Of a stretch of DNA of 64,000 nucleotides, positions 27,497 to 37,517 are shown piece after piece. The notes below the pieces were generated by a model. The model searched no databases. It was not told the origin of the DNA and was given only the letters and a program-made list of their open reading frames with translations. The DNA lies in IMG/VR virus record IMGVR_UViG_3300031957_002643, positions 186,001-250,000 of that record; one strand, 5' to 3'. The position numbers and the translations under genes are program-made. Every line of letters starts with the position of its first letter. The stretch's first letter is position 1.

Positions 27497-29103
27497 TGCA
27501 AAATCTGGAAAAATACTTTCCGTATGACCAGATTCGACCACAACAGAAAGAAATTCTTAATTTCATCGAGCAAAATGCCGACAAGAAAGTCTTTCTGATC
27601 AATGCACCGACAGGTGTAGGTAAATCTGGTATTGCTATGGCCATTGCTCGTGCTTGCACGGGCAAGGCTTGGCTTTTGACGGAAACGAAAGCGCTACAAG
27701 ATCAATATTCTGACGAATTTACAGACGAAGTTGTTTCCCTAAAAGGCAAAAACTCGTACACTTGTAATTTGCAACCGTCTGTGCGTGCAGATGAAGCACC
27801 GTGTATTGGTCATAAAGAAACAAAGGCATTGTGCGTTTTGCGCAAGGCCTGCGATTATTATATGACGTTTCAGAAAGGCATGGACTCGAAAATCCTAGCC
27901 ACCAATTACAACTATGCTCTAGGTTTCTCTGAAACTCGTAATCCTCTCGCAATGCGCGAAGTTACTATTTGTGATGAAGGTCACGTGATTGAAGATAAGT
28001 TGGTTGAACAGGCAGCATTTGATATTAATCCAAAGATGTTGCATGAGAGATACCGAGTAGAAATTGATCCGGCTCTTCCCTTTGAAGATTTCGAAACAGT
28101 AGAAAATATTTGCGAATATGTTTCTGATCAAATCACAAAACGCTGTGAGGCTGTTCGAGAAGAAATCGATCAACTTCCTCATAAATTCAATTCTGAAGGA
28201 CAGAAGACCAATGTCGATCCCCGTGAAAAGGCATTAAATCGGGTTTTGGATTCATTAACCCGTCATCTCAAGAGAATTGAAAACTATTTGTTTGATCCTG
28301 AAGATAATTGGGTAACTGATATTTCTGATGATCTGGCGGTGATTACTATTCAGCCGTTGAAATCAAATGGGTTATTCAAGAAATACTTCATGGATAACCT
28401 GACGGAACAATTCGGTCAGATATTCATTATGTCTGCATCGCTTGGTGATTTTGACACAGTGATTAGTGAATTCGGTTTGTCAGAAGATGAAGTTGCTTGT
28501 ATCGATGTCGATACTCCGTTTGATCCTAACAAATCACCAGTCGTAATCATGCCTTCGGTGAAATTGGGATACAAAGACTTCAATGCATCCAAAGCAGAAC
28601 TTATTAGCGTTATCGATTCACTCTTGGATGAACACCCGGATCAAAAAGGGATCATCCATAGCGGGAATTACAAGACTGCCGAACACATTGCTTTGAAATC
28701 GAAACACCAAAAACGATTAGTGTTCAAAAGCGCTGATGAAAAGAAAACATCTAACACTGATCTATTCGCCGTACATTCGATTCGGGATGATGGATCAGTG
28801 CTGCTGTCTCCATCAATGCATACTGGTGTAGACCTTAAGGGGAGTTTGGCTGAGTTTCAAATTATTGCCAAACTACCTTTTGCAAATCTGCGCGATGCCC
28901 GTGTAAAGGCTAAAATGGAAGATGATCCTTTGTGGTATTCTAATGCTACATGGCAAAAGATCATTCAGGCATGTGGCCGGGCGACCAGAAATATGGATGA
29001 TAGTTCAATAACTTACATTATTGATGCTGCTGCTAAGAGACAATATTCACAATTCAAAAAGCATCTTCCTACATGGTTCTTGAATCGAGTGATATTCGTA
29101 TGA
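27496..29103 (+). CDS. DinG/XPD-family SF2 helicase
   Basis: RPQQ Q-motif, APTGVGKS, four Cys (Fe-S region), DEGH, MSAS, GVDL and QACGRATR. Confidence 0.85.
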   Translation: MQNLEKYFPYDQIRPQQKEILNFIEQNADKKVFLINAPTGVGKSGIAMAIARACTGKAWLLTETKALQDQYSDEFTDEVVSLKGKNSYTCNLQPSVRADEAPCIGHKETKALCVLRKACDYYMTFQKGMDSKILATNYNYALGFSETRNPLAMREVTICDEGHVIEDKLVEQAAFDINPKMLHERYRVEIDPALPFEDFETVENICEYVSDQITKRCEAVREEIDQLPHKFNSEGQKTNVDPREKALNRVLDSLTRHLKRIENYLFDPEDNWVTDISDDLAVITIQPLKSNGLFKKYFMDNLTEQFGQIFIMSASLGDFDTVISEFGLSEDEVACIDVDTPFDPNKSPVVIMPSVKLGYKDFNASKAELISVIDSLLDEHPDQKGIIHSGNYKTAEHIALKSKHQKRLVFKSADEKKTSNTDLFAVHSIRDDGSVLLSPSMHTGVDLKGSLAEFQIIAKLPFANLRDARVKAKMEDDPLWYSNATWQKIIQACGRATRNMDDSSITYIIDAAAKRQYSQFKKHLPTWFLNRVIFV

Positions 29104-29639
29104 CGCCAGAACTAGAAAAAATTTTACGATATCCTGCATCTGACACTGATTCGTTTGTGAAGGTGTGGGGATGGGACATAGCGTTTCTTAGAATGGCCAG
29201 AGAGATTGCTTCATGGTCGAAAGACCCTAAAAGAAAAGTTGGCTGTGTCATCGTGGACAATGAGCGCAAGCCAGTAAGTTACGGATACAACGGTCTACCC
29301 TCATCAATTGAAGATCATGAATTGATTCTACAAAATGATGATTTGCGTCGAAAGCTGATGATACACGCAGAACAGAATGCGATTTATAATGCTAATCGCT
29401 CTTTAGAAGGAACCAGCATCTATATTTGGCCATTCCTGCCGTGTCCATCATGCGCATCTAGTATTCTCGCTAACAAATTCAAGCGAGTTATCACTACAAA
29501 GTATACGCCCGATCATTGGGCAGAAGACTTTGAATTGTCTAAACTTATTCTGAAAAGCAGATTAGAATTAAACAGATACGAAATGTCAAAAATCAGAAAA
29601 GAAACTACTGAATACGATCCGGCTGATCCTAAAAACTAG
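29100..29639 (+). CDS. dCMP deaminase
   Basis: SKDP..KVGCVIV, GYNG, HAEQNA and PCPSC; ATGA overlap with the helicase stop. Confidence 0.9.
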   Translation: MTPELEKILRYPASDTDSFVKVWGWDIAFLRMAREIASWSKDPKRKVGCVIVDNERKPVSYGYNGLPSSIEDHELILQNDDLRRKLMIHAEQNAIYNANRSLEGTSIYIWPFLPCPSCASSILANKFKRVITTKYTPDHWAEDFELSKLILKSRLELNRYEMSKIRKETTEYDPADPKN

Positions 29640-29668
29640 TTGACAAGAACTTGCTTTTCGTGTAAGAT
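29640..29668 (+). promoter_or_regulatory. Sigma70-like promoter, leaderless
   Basis: TTGACA-17-TAAGAT; ATG 29675 is 6 nt downstream with no SD. Confidence 0.65.
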
Positions 29669-29674
29669 ATAATC

Positions 29675-30670
29675 ATGAAAAGTATTTTTGGAACCGTCGC
29701 AGGGTCATTCCTGTTTGGAACATCTGTAGAGCGTAGCGATATCGATATTCGCGGCGTTTATATTCCGTCACTGAATGACATTGTGATGCAGCGTGTGAAA
29801 GTCGATAACGCGCCCCTTCGAGAACTCGATACTGCTGCTATCTATAAGCAAGCACGCGGTATCGCCATGCGTTATGGCTTCGGAACACCTGAAGATGGTG
29901 ATGATGTCAACTCTATGCCGTTGCATCATTTCCTTTCGTTGGTTGCGTCTGGTGAAGTCACTACAACTGAACTCATGTTTGCTCCGAACCATTTCTGGAT
30001 TACGGACATGACTGATTATTTCGTGTGGCTGGAAGTCCAGAAGATTCGTTCCAAGATCGTCACGAAACAAATCAAACGTGCAGTCGGTTTCTGTAATGGC
30101 ATCTACATGCAGTTCGGAGTACGTGCTGAACGCCTATCAGCGGCCATTGAAGCACGTGATCTGATTAAGGGACTGGTAGATAGTCATTCTCATAATGCTC
30201 TTCTGGGAGCCTATGAGCGCGATTTCTTGCCACTCACCGAATTGGATCATATCGAACTGGATTCAGATGACCACAACATCAAGATGCTCCGTGTTTGTGG
30301 TCGAGGCCTTCAATACACGGCGACAGTCGGCAATGCATTGAACGTCCTTGAAGGAGCGGTTGCTTCTTATGGCAAGCGTGCGAATGCATCCTTGAACCCG
30401 GAACGCAAGGATTGGAAGTCAGTAATGCATGCGCTCCGAGTGTCAGAACAAACGATTGAACTCCTGAAGGACGGAGAAATTCGTTTCATCCGTCCTAATT
30501 CGGGATATCTTCGTGAAGTTCGTTCGGGTGAACGACCGATGGATGAAGTTACGGCAAAGATCGATGAAAACATGGCAGTCATGAACGAATTGGTCGAAAC
30601 TTCTGATTTGCCGGAAACCGCAGACATGAATGCAATCGAAGAACTGGTCAAGGAACTGTATTTGAGATAG
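29675..30670 (+). CDS. Pol-beta superfamily nucleotidyltransferase (RlaP / T4 NrdC.11-like)
   Basis: GSFLFGT....SDIDIRGVY, DWKSVMHALR, ELL..GEI and S.LPE..D. Confidence 0.85.
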   Translation: MKSIFGTVAGSFLFGTSVERSDIDIRGVYIPSLNDIVMQRVKVDNAPLRELDTAAIYKQARGIAMRYGFGTPEDGDDVNSMPLHHFLSLVASGEVTTTELMFAPNHFWITDMTDYFVWLEVQKIRSKIVTKQIKRAVGFCNGIYMQFGVRAERLSAAIEARDLIKGLVDSHSHNALLGAYERDFLPLTELDHIELDSDDHNIKMLRVCGRGLQYTATVGNALNVLEGAVASYGKRANASLNPERKDWKSVMHALRVSEQTIELLKDGEIRFIRPNSGYLREVRSGERPMDEVTAKIDENMAVMNELVETSDLPETADMNAIEELVKELYLR

Positions 30671-30687
30671 GGAGAAATCCCTATCTC
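30664..30687. terminator. Hairpin between convergent genes
   Basis: GAGATAGGGA-GAAA-TCCCTATCTC, a perfect 10-bp stem with GNRA loop. Confidence 0.7.
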
Positions 30688-30864
30688 TCATTTTTGACCA
30701 GTATACGAAAGTGCATCGTATTCACCTGTCAAAACCTTCCAAGCCACCTTAGCTCTCCATAAGAATGGCCATCTCATGGGTTTTGCAGCAACCCATCTTC
30801 CGTCTGGAAGTTCTCTGGTTGTAGTAATGCCATCTTTAACAAGGTTATCAATATTATAGATCAT
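30688..30864 (-). CDS. Small hypothetical protein
   Basis: ATGA overlap with the ligase stop; DGRWVAAKP...AWKVLTG. Confidence 0.65.
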   Translation of the reverse strand: MIYNIDNLVKDGITTTRELPDGRWVAAKPMRWPFLWRAKVAWKVLTGEYDALSYTGQK

Positions 30865-32159
30865 TTGTCTTCTCTCACACATTTGAATCTTGGGAAACGG
30901 AGAGAGAAATGTTCTCCATTTTCCGCTTTGGTAATACTATCTGCTTCAATTTCTACGATATGATCCATGATCAAGTTCGGATCATCCCACCATTCGCGTC
31001 TTATATCATCGGTCAAGCCACTACCAACATTGCATCGGATGAATTTGTCATCTACAAATCCCTCAACCACCAGCGCACCGAGTAATCCTTCGTATTTGGA
31101 ACCCGGCTTGCCTTCTTCTAATCCAACAACACGAAGATCAAAAGTGTCAGTTGGTTTGATCTTGAGCCACGATTTATCTCGCTTGAAATTGTACGTAGAG
31201 TTTGCATCCTTGATCATGATTCCTTCAAAGCCCGCCTGAAGCTGTTCTTCGAACATTTCCATGATCTGATCTTGACACGTTTTGGCGTTGACACCCTTTT
31301 CTGCATATGAAAGCTCGACAGGAGCTTCGGGGTCAACCGATTTATGATATGCAACAATATCCTCAAGAATGGCTCTTCGGTCCTTCAGAGGAAGTGATAC
31401 ATTACGACTCCAAAATTCATTGGCATCCATCACATCGAACACCAATGCAGTGCCATGGAAGCTCACGTCTGTTTTACGTCTGGCCTGCTTCATGAGTGCT
31501 TGGAAGTTTTCTGAAATCACTTCACTGTCAATCACAATACCGTCTTCTGGAAAATTCGGAAATGACTTAATGTGATCTAGTGAGGATGCAATGTTCTGGA
31601 AATTGTGAAACTCCTTGCCGTTTCTGGAAAAGCATCTGGTATCATCACCCGGCTTGATGAACCAAAGTGCTCTGGTTCCATCGTACTTCGCCTCAATGAA
31701 TGCATCTTCCGGCATAGCATCTGTCTTAACCTTCTTGGCATCAGTAGCAAGCTGACAATCGAAGGTTTTGATCTGGTGATCACTAGGTGCGGCGTTATTC
31801 AGTGTGGATACAGCGGTACCGGCACTGAAGTCTTTTGATAGAATGCGTTTGTACCAGTAAAGCCACTGTTCCTCAGTACAAGAGCCTGCAAGGGCAAGAA
31901 CTGTTTCCTTGGCTACATTACCGGTGATCTCGCGATTGGAAAGCGCTAGTAGAAGTTTCTCGAAAGTAACCCATTTGACACCCGTTGAATAATATTCCGG
32001 GTTAGGTAGTTTCTTAATGAAGAAATTTATGAACGGATCGTATGCATATTGCGCGCCCAACCAGAATTCATCTCCTTCTGGAATGGACTTAAGAATATCT
32101 AACTTATCGTTTCTGGCGGATGTCTGTTCAAGTTGAGCTATAATTTCCCAAGGTCTCAT
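30861..32159 (-). CDS. ATP-dependent DNA ligase
   Basis: EAKYDGTR, SRNGK, IDSE, FEGIMIKD, WLKIKP, VGSG and SLRFPRF..REDK. Confidence 0.95.
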   Translation of the reverse strand: MRPWEIIAQLEQTSARNDKLDILKSIPEGDEFWLGAQYAYDPFINFFIKKLPNPEYYSTGVKWVTFEKLLLALSNREITGNVAKETVLALAGSCTEEQWLYWYKRILSKDFSAGTAVSTLNNAAPSDHQIKTFDCQLATDAKKVKTDAMPEDAFIEAKYDGTRALWFIKPGDDTRCFSRNGKEFHNFQNIASSLDHIKSFPNFPEDGIVIDSEVISENFQALMKQARRKTDVSFHGTALVFDVMDANEFWSRNVSLPLKDRRAILEDIVAYHKSVDPEAPVELSYAEKGVNAKTCQDQIMEMFEEQLQAGFEGIMIKDANSTYNFKRDKSWLKIKPTDTFDLRVVGLEEGKPGSKYEGLLGALVVEGFVDDKFIRCNVGSGLTDDIRREWWDDPNLIMDHIVEIEADSITKAENGEHFSLRFPRFKCVREDK

Positions 32160-32523
32160 TAATTAATCTCTCTGAATATTTCTTGATAATTTTCTTAAAA
32201 TCGCTAGACACGATTTGTTTTGCAATACGACGATCATAACCCTCATCACAGAGGCGAGATACCTCATTCTCATCAACATAATCATTCCAAGCTTGGTACA
32301 TGATCCAATCGAGGGATGAAAACGAAGTGAGATCGCTTAGCCGAAATGCCGACTGTGCAGTGATGCGACGATTGCCTTTGAGGATATCATATAGAACTGC
32401 TCTATTGATTCCCGACTTAGTAATGATATACTCAATATTGACGCCTTCTTCACGGATTTTTTCGTAAAGAAGGTCGCCAATGCTCATTCCTGCATATGTT
32501 TTGTCAAAGCTAAAGGATTTCAT
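32128..32523 (-). CDS. HigA/VapI-like XRE HTH protein
   Basis: GINRAVLYDILKGNRRITAQSAFRLS......DW..YQ matches the HigA antitoxin pattern. Confidence 0.7.
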   Translation of the reverse strand: MKSFSFDKTYAGMSIGDLLYEKIREEGVNIEYIITKSGINRAVLYDILKGNRRITAQSAFRLSDLTSFSSLDWIMYQAWNDYVDENEVSRLCDEGYDRRIAKQIVSSDFKKIIKKYSERLINETLGNYSST

Positions 32524-35234
32524 TACCAATCAAATACTTCGTTAGCGGTGGTGTCTGGTGGTTCAAGTTCCCAATTAAACACCCCAAAGATGTTATTGAG
32601 TTTCTTGGTTACCAGACTATCATATGCGCGATTTACGTTTAGTGGAAGATTTTTAATCCACTCACTCTTAACGTTCAGTCCCACAGGAATTGCAATATTT
32701 TTGAAGCCCTTGGGATTGTTTGTCAAGTCCTTCTCATTCAAGTAGATGATTTCAATCTTGTCCCCATCGCGAATTGGTGGAACATCCTTATCATCAAAGA
32801 ATTCCAAATATTCGTTGAAATTCATTGATGCCTGCACAGTATAGTAAACACGTGGCTTTTCTGCCGCGAGGTTATTATTGTACATCGTCAAGTCTTTCAT
32901 GGTTCTTTGCATGTCCTTCAAACGCTTGGGACTTCCAAGGGTCCAAGGATCGCGATCATAAAAGAGTGTTCTGAAACCGATAATCTTTTCAACAAGATCG
33001 GGTTCTGGCTTACCTTCTTGCACAACCATGGTCAAACATTCATGAAGAAACTCTTGAATCCATTTGGGCGTATCGGAACGCTGTGTTTCCATACCCATAA
33101 TTTTCAGTTTTTCAACATTCTTGCCTTCATCATCTACAACAAATAGAGCGTACTTCTTCTTGGTTTCGTGCTTGAAGATGCCGCGCTGGGCAACAACTTC
33201 TCTACCGGACTGAATGATTTCACCATTCTTGCGTGGAACAAAGAACGATTCCATCATTTTATCTGGATAGGACTCGTTGATCAAATTACCGATCTCATCA
33301 GCGATAAGAACGATATCAGTAAGGGACATCTCCTCATTGATGATCTTTTTCATAGTCATATACACGGAGTCGGTATCCGAATAGATGGCGGACTCACCGA
33401 ATTCATACTTCCCATCAATCAATTCAGATGCTTTTCGAATCATGTGCTTGGTGACAACGCGACCAGAAAGAGTAACAGATTGACCAAAACGAGTATCATA
33501 GAAGCGGAACCATTCATTAAGAAGGGCACCATATGTGGAGTTCAAGAACAGCTTACGTGCTTGTTGGATTGTATCCCAATATTCAGCTAGTTCTTTATTT
33601 CCTTCTTTGTCGAATTCCTTAGACTTCTTTTTGAATTCAACACGTTCGTTATACCATTTTTCAAGACAGTATGGAATAATGCCCTGATTGTCTTGGTGGA
33701 ATACTGTCCCGTTTGCTGTTATAGAACAATTGGTTTCTCTAAACCATTCTTTCCATTCTTCACCGTCCATGGTGATATTCTCACCATCTTCCAACATCAA
33801 GGTCAGGTCTTCAAATGAATTTCCTTCTTGAACATCATGATACTCAAGAACGCCAGTGAAATGGTGCCATGCCTCCGTAACAGTCTTGACCTGTTTGGTT
33901 TCAAGTAGGTTGTCAATCTTTGTCATAGTTCGGTCTAGATTAAATTGACCGACAACCGTTTCAGGAGAAATGTTGAGCATTCGGATGACCGATGGATATA
34001 GAGAGTTAATATCGAATGATGTAATCCATTCATACATACCCCCAACTGGCAGCTTGACGAAAGCACCAGCCACTTTGCCTTCTTTTTCAGATTGACCCTT
34101 GTCTGGTGCAACCTTCTTCTGCTTATGAAGTTCGCATAAAATAGCGTGTTCAATGATGGTAACCGATCCAAGCGTGTCTTTCAGAAGAACACACGCAGTG
34201 TGTGCCATCTGATTTGCTAGATTGATGAATTTACGACGATCATCTACTTTACTGAGACCAACGGTATCTTGTCGGTTATATTCGGTGAATAGTCGGAAAT
34301 CATATCTCCACAAATCATCTAGAGAGCCATCATATGCAACTTTCTTTTCTCCGATCTCAACTTCCAGAACATAATCAAGAGCATAACTATGAAGCTCGTT
34401 GAAGCTGAATTTCATATAGAGTTCTAGATAATCGAGATGAACTTTACCTTTGAGTGCAAAACACCACTCCTCGCCGCCCCATCGTTCGACCTTGCGAGGC
34501 GTTGGGATTTCGTCGAAAAGGCAGAGGCGTGATAGATGCTCTCGGGATTGCTCTGGTGGATTGTAGTCGTCCAGATTTGCAACATCATCCAAGTCTTCAC
34601 CACCCAACACGATACGAATGCGTTGGATGATCATTGGTATATCGTAGAATTCGCTGTTCCATCCTGTGATGACATCGGCGTCATCAAGAAGGTCCAGTGT
34701 CATTTTGAGAAGTTCGGCTTCAGTTTCAACGATGAAAGTATTCTCAATGCCATTCGTTTCTTCTATAGCTTCCTCAAGCGTCATGGTTGGCGGTCTAACG
34801 CAAATGGTTACCGCTTCATTTAACCACTTACAATCAACAGTGATTGCATTAATGATGGCATATGGGAAGTCCACACGAGAGAACCCTATATCCCGATCTC
34901 TGTCAGATTCAATATCGAGAACTGCAATGTTGAGCTTCGGTGGCACAGAGCCAACAAAATTGTCTTCTAGAAAGCGGTATTCGGGTTTGATATCAGATTC
35001 AAATGTTGTAAATCCGCTATCTTGGTAATCTGAAATAGTCAGACTGTGTTTATGGTATGTTGGACTTGAAACTCTTTTAAGCTTCTGTCCAAACATTGAT
35101 TTGAATTTGCCTTGTTCGTCTTCAACGTAAAAATAGAAGGGTGCAGGGGCTTTTCTAGCCACCCGCACCCCATCTTCGCGCCGCTCCGACACGTAGATAT
35201 CATTTCCACGTCTAAATGCGTCAATGTATGTCAT
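32523..35234 (-). CDS. Family B DNA polymerase with 3'-5' exonuclease
   Basis: DIE, GWNSEFYD, YNRQD, FDINSLYPS, K..LNSTYG, YSDTDS and KKKY. Confidence 0.96.
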   Translation of the reverse strand: MTYIDAFRRGNDIYVSERREDGVRVARKAPAPFYFYVEDEQGKFKSMFGQKLKRVSSPTYHKHSLTISDYQDSGFTTFESDIKPEYRFLEDNFVGSVPPKLNIAVLDIESDRDRDIGFSRVDFPYAIINAITVDCKWLNEAVTICVRPPTMTLEEAIEETNGIENTFIVETEAELLKMTLDLLDDADVITGWNSEFYDIPMIIQRIRIVLGGEDLDDVANLDDYNPPEQSREHLSRLCLFDEIPTPRKVERWGGEEWCFALKGKVHLDYLELYMKFSFNELHSYALDYVLEVEIGEKKVAYDGSLDDLWRYDFRLFTEYNRQDTVGLSKVDDRRKFINLANQMAHTACVLLKDTLGSVTIIEHAILCELHKQKKVAPDKGQSEKEGKVAGAFVKLPVGGMYEWITSFDINSLYPSVIRMLNISPETVVGQFNLDRTMTKIDNLLETKQVKTVTEAWHHFTGVLEYHDVQEGNSFEDLTLMLEDGENITMDGEEWKEWFRETNCSITANGTVFHQDNQGIIPYCLEKWYNERVEFKKKSKEFDKEGNKELAEYWDTIQQARKLFLNSTYGALLNEWFRFYDTRFGQSVTLSGRVVTKHMIRKASELIDGKYEFGESAIYSDTDSVYMTMKKIINEEMSLTDIVLIADEIGNLINESYPDKMMESFFVPRKNGEIIQSGREVVAQRGIFKHETKKKYALFVVDDEGKNVEKLKIMGMETQRSDTPKWIQEFLHECLTMVVQEGKPEPDLVEKIIGFRTLFYDRDPWTLGSPKRLKDMQRTMKDLTMYNNNLAAEKPRVYYTVQASMNFNEYLEFFDDKDVPPIRDGDKIEIIYLNEKDLTNNPKGFKNIAIPVGLNVKSEWIKNLPLNVNRAYDSLVTKKLNNIFGVFNWELEPPDTTANEVFDW

Positions 35235-35278
35235 GAATAATCCTTTGTGAGTCTAGGAATATGACATATGATTATCGA

Positions 35279-35449
35279 TTACAGGTCGATATAGATATTT
35301 TCCGCCAAAGACATCAATTCGACCTCATCATTATCTAGTGAAATCAGTGGAACAATCTCACCTCCAATGTCAATGTTTTGCTGTTCGCGAACGAAATCAC
35401 AAATAGCATTGATAACATCATCTTTATCAAGAGTAATTCTTACTTTCAT
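35279..35449 (-). CDS. Small hypothetical protein
   Basis: ATGA overlap with the upstream gene stop. Confidence 0.55.
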   Translation of the reverse strand: MKVRITLDKDDVINAICDFVREQQNIDIGGEIVPLISLDNDEVELMSLAENIYIDL

Positions 35450-37104
35450 GGTTTTGCTCTCCATTTTGTATCACGCATGGTGATGATTGCACGCTTGCCG
35501 TTCTCGTATGTCACGATCAGCGAGCGAGACCAACTGGATGGACCAGTATTGTAGTCCATGTCCAGATTTGCCATAACACCAGACTGGTAGGCACCATGCA
35601 TGATGCCTGCTGAGTGACTATGACCTATGTTTACCTTGTTTCCGCTCTTCGCGAGGTTTGAAATGGAGCCTCTTGATCCATTCGGACCATTGTCACCATG
35701 CAAGCCGCACTCAATACCATGAACGAGGTAATTTTCATCAGTTCTTAGGAAACGCATCCCTTCTGGAATGCCCATAAGCTCCATCGCATATTCAAATAGA
35801 TGGAAATTTGCTTCCTTCTTGAACTTCGCTTCATAGATTCGTTTCTGAAGCGTCAAGAAAATCAATGCATTAGGCGGATCGTATGCATATGCATCTGGTT
35901 TGTCTTTAAGCCATCTTCGGAGATGGTCATCGTGATTAGAATGAATGACAACCATTTGCATCCAATCACGATGCATTTCTTGGAAGAACTCTGCGACATC
36001 ACGAAGTTCATCTTCTACATTATCGCAGCCGTTGATGAATTTTTCGAAATTCTTATGATGATCCTTGGCGTCGTGGTGGGATCGGGAGTTGAAATCCAAA
36101 CAATCATGCAAATGCAATTCGTTTGGTCTCAAGGTATCGACCATTTCCGCCAAAGAAAGACGGTATTTGTCTTCTAATTGATCAACGTGAATGTCACCCG
36201 GTGTAAGAACATCGATCTCACCGGCTGTTTCCACCTTGTTATTTCGGACTTTATAATTCAGGTCTTGGAAAGACCCATCTTCATCACGTGCCGAAATTTG
36301 ACGGACGAACCAATCACCATCGCTATCAACTTCAACAATGACGGCACCATAGACATGGTTCCAACTACCGTTGTAACCGGTTTTAGTTTTGGTGTAATTT
36401 CTTTGTGTGATGCATCCCGTGGTATACAAGAACTTAGTTGGATCAAATTTACCTGTTGGGATAGACGTTAGTGCGATTTTGGTCGATGGTAGAATGAGCG
36501 AATTACATCCTCTATAATCTTGAAACCCGGATGCTGGATTTCTGACAGTAGGAAGAATTTGTTGCTCACCGCACCAGATCAGACCCGGCGCAAGTTCGAT
36601 TGGATCATCTGAAATGTAATCTCTGATGTTGGGATCGAACCATGTGACATCATCGGTAGCATTATTGTCAATTGCGTCCGGCTTTTCTGATCCCTGCCAT
36701 TTTCTATAGGCCTGAATATTGTATTGGAAGCGAGCAACATGAATTTCAGCTTCTAGAAATTTTGCATAGGCTTCTAGATTGCGAATAAATTCGTGATGGA
36801 CCGTTGTATTGTTCTGGGCTGATGTCAGAATATACCGATACACTTGTCCTTTCGGCGGAAGTGATCGTTTTTCTGGTTCATCAAATGCAATTGAACCTTG
36901 AACCAATGGTTTTCCATCGATCTTTTCAATTTTTTGACCTTCTTCAGTAGGATCGATGCCTGCTTTCTTAAGGTGTTCAGCGATTGTTGATTTCGCCATA
37001 CCCAAAGCTCGTGCCGCAGCGCGACACGAGCCATAGGTGTAGAATGCTTCAATTGCTCTCTGACGCGGAGTCAGATGATCAAATCTATCGTTTTTAAAAC
37101 TCAT
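35446..37104 (-). CDS. HTH plus calcineurin-like phosphoesterase, resembling T5 A1 family
   Basis: N-terminal HTH (AAARALGMAKSTI), ILTSAQNNT, GDIH, HD..DF, SNHD, HGD and GHSH; 552 aa. Confidence 0.65.
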   Translation of the reverse strand: MSFKNDRFDHLTPRQRAIEAFYTYGSCRAAARALGMAKSTIAEHLKKAGIDPTEEGQKIEKIDGKPLVQGSIAFDEPEKRSLPPKGQVYRYILTSAQNNTTVHHEFIRNLEAYAKFLEAEIHVARFQYNIQAYRKWQGSEKPDAIDNNATDDVTWFDPNIRDYISDDPIELAPGLIWCGEQQILPTVRNPASGFQDYRGCNSLILPSTKIALTSIPTGKFDPTKFLYTTGCITQRNYTKTKTGYNGSWNHVYGAVIVEVDSDGDWFVRQISARDEDGSFQDLNYKVRNNKVETAGEIDVLTPGDIHVDQLEDKYRLSLAEMVDTLRPNELHLHDCLDFNSRSHHDAKDHHKNFEKFINGCDNVEDELRDVAEFFQEMHRDWMQMVVIHSNHDDHLRRWLKDKPDAYAYDPPNALIFLTLQKRIYEAKFKKEANFHLFEYAMELMGIPEGMRFLRTDENYLVHGIECGLHGDNGPNGSRGSISNLAKSGNKVNIGHSHSAGIMHGAYQSGVMANLDMDYNTGPSSWSRSLIVTYENGKRAIITMRDTKWRAKP

Positions 37105-37127
37105 CTAAAATACACTCTTTGGTTAAA

Positions 37128-37445
37128 TTATTCGTCGTCACTCTCAATAGCATGTTTGTTTACTTTTGAGAGAAGGATATCAACCATCTCATTTTCGTAA
37201 CGAATGTCATCAACCTTGTTGTTGGCCCAAATCGTTGCGGCTTTACGAACAGTCTTTTTGATTTGTGCGGCAGAACCTTTGTCGGCCTTCAATTCATCAC
37301 AGAGACTATCAAGAGTCTCCTTGATGGCTTCACCGACTTCTTTTTTCTCGATATTGTAGTTTGCCAGAATGGCAACAGCATTGACGACTTTCTTGAAGTC
37401 ATCTGCATCCATGGTTTCGAAATCGATAGGTTGGACATCTGACAT
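37128..37445 (-). CDS. Small helical protein, possibly T4 DsbA-like dsDNA-binding protein
   Basis: 105-aa helical protein (E.IKE..D....EL...KK.VRK.A) near clamp and RNase H genes; SD AAGGAG. Confidence 0.45.
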   Translation of the reverse strand: MSDVQPIDFETMDADDFKKVVNAVAILANYNIEKKEVGEAIKETLDSLCDELKADKGSAAQIKKTVRKAATIWANNKVDDIRYENEMVDILLSKVNKHAIESDDE

Positions 37446-37517
37446 GGTTTAAGCTCCTTAGTAATTATCCAAAGTGATGGACGCGCACTGTAAGGATGCG
37501 CGATATGTCCTATTAAT

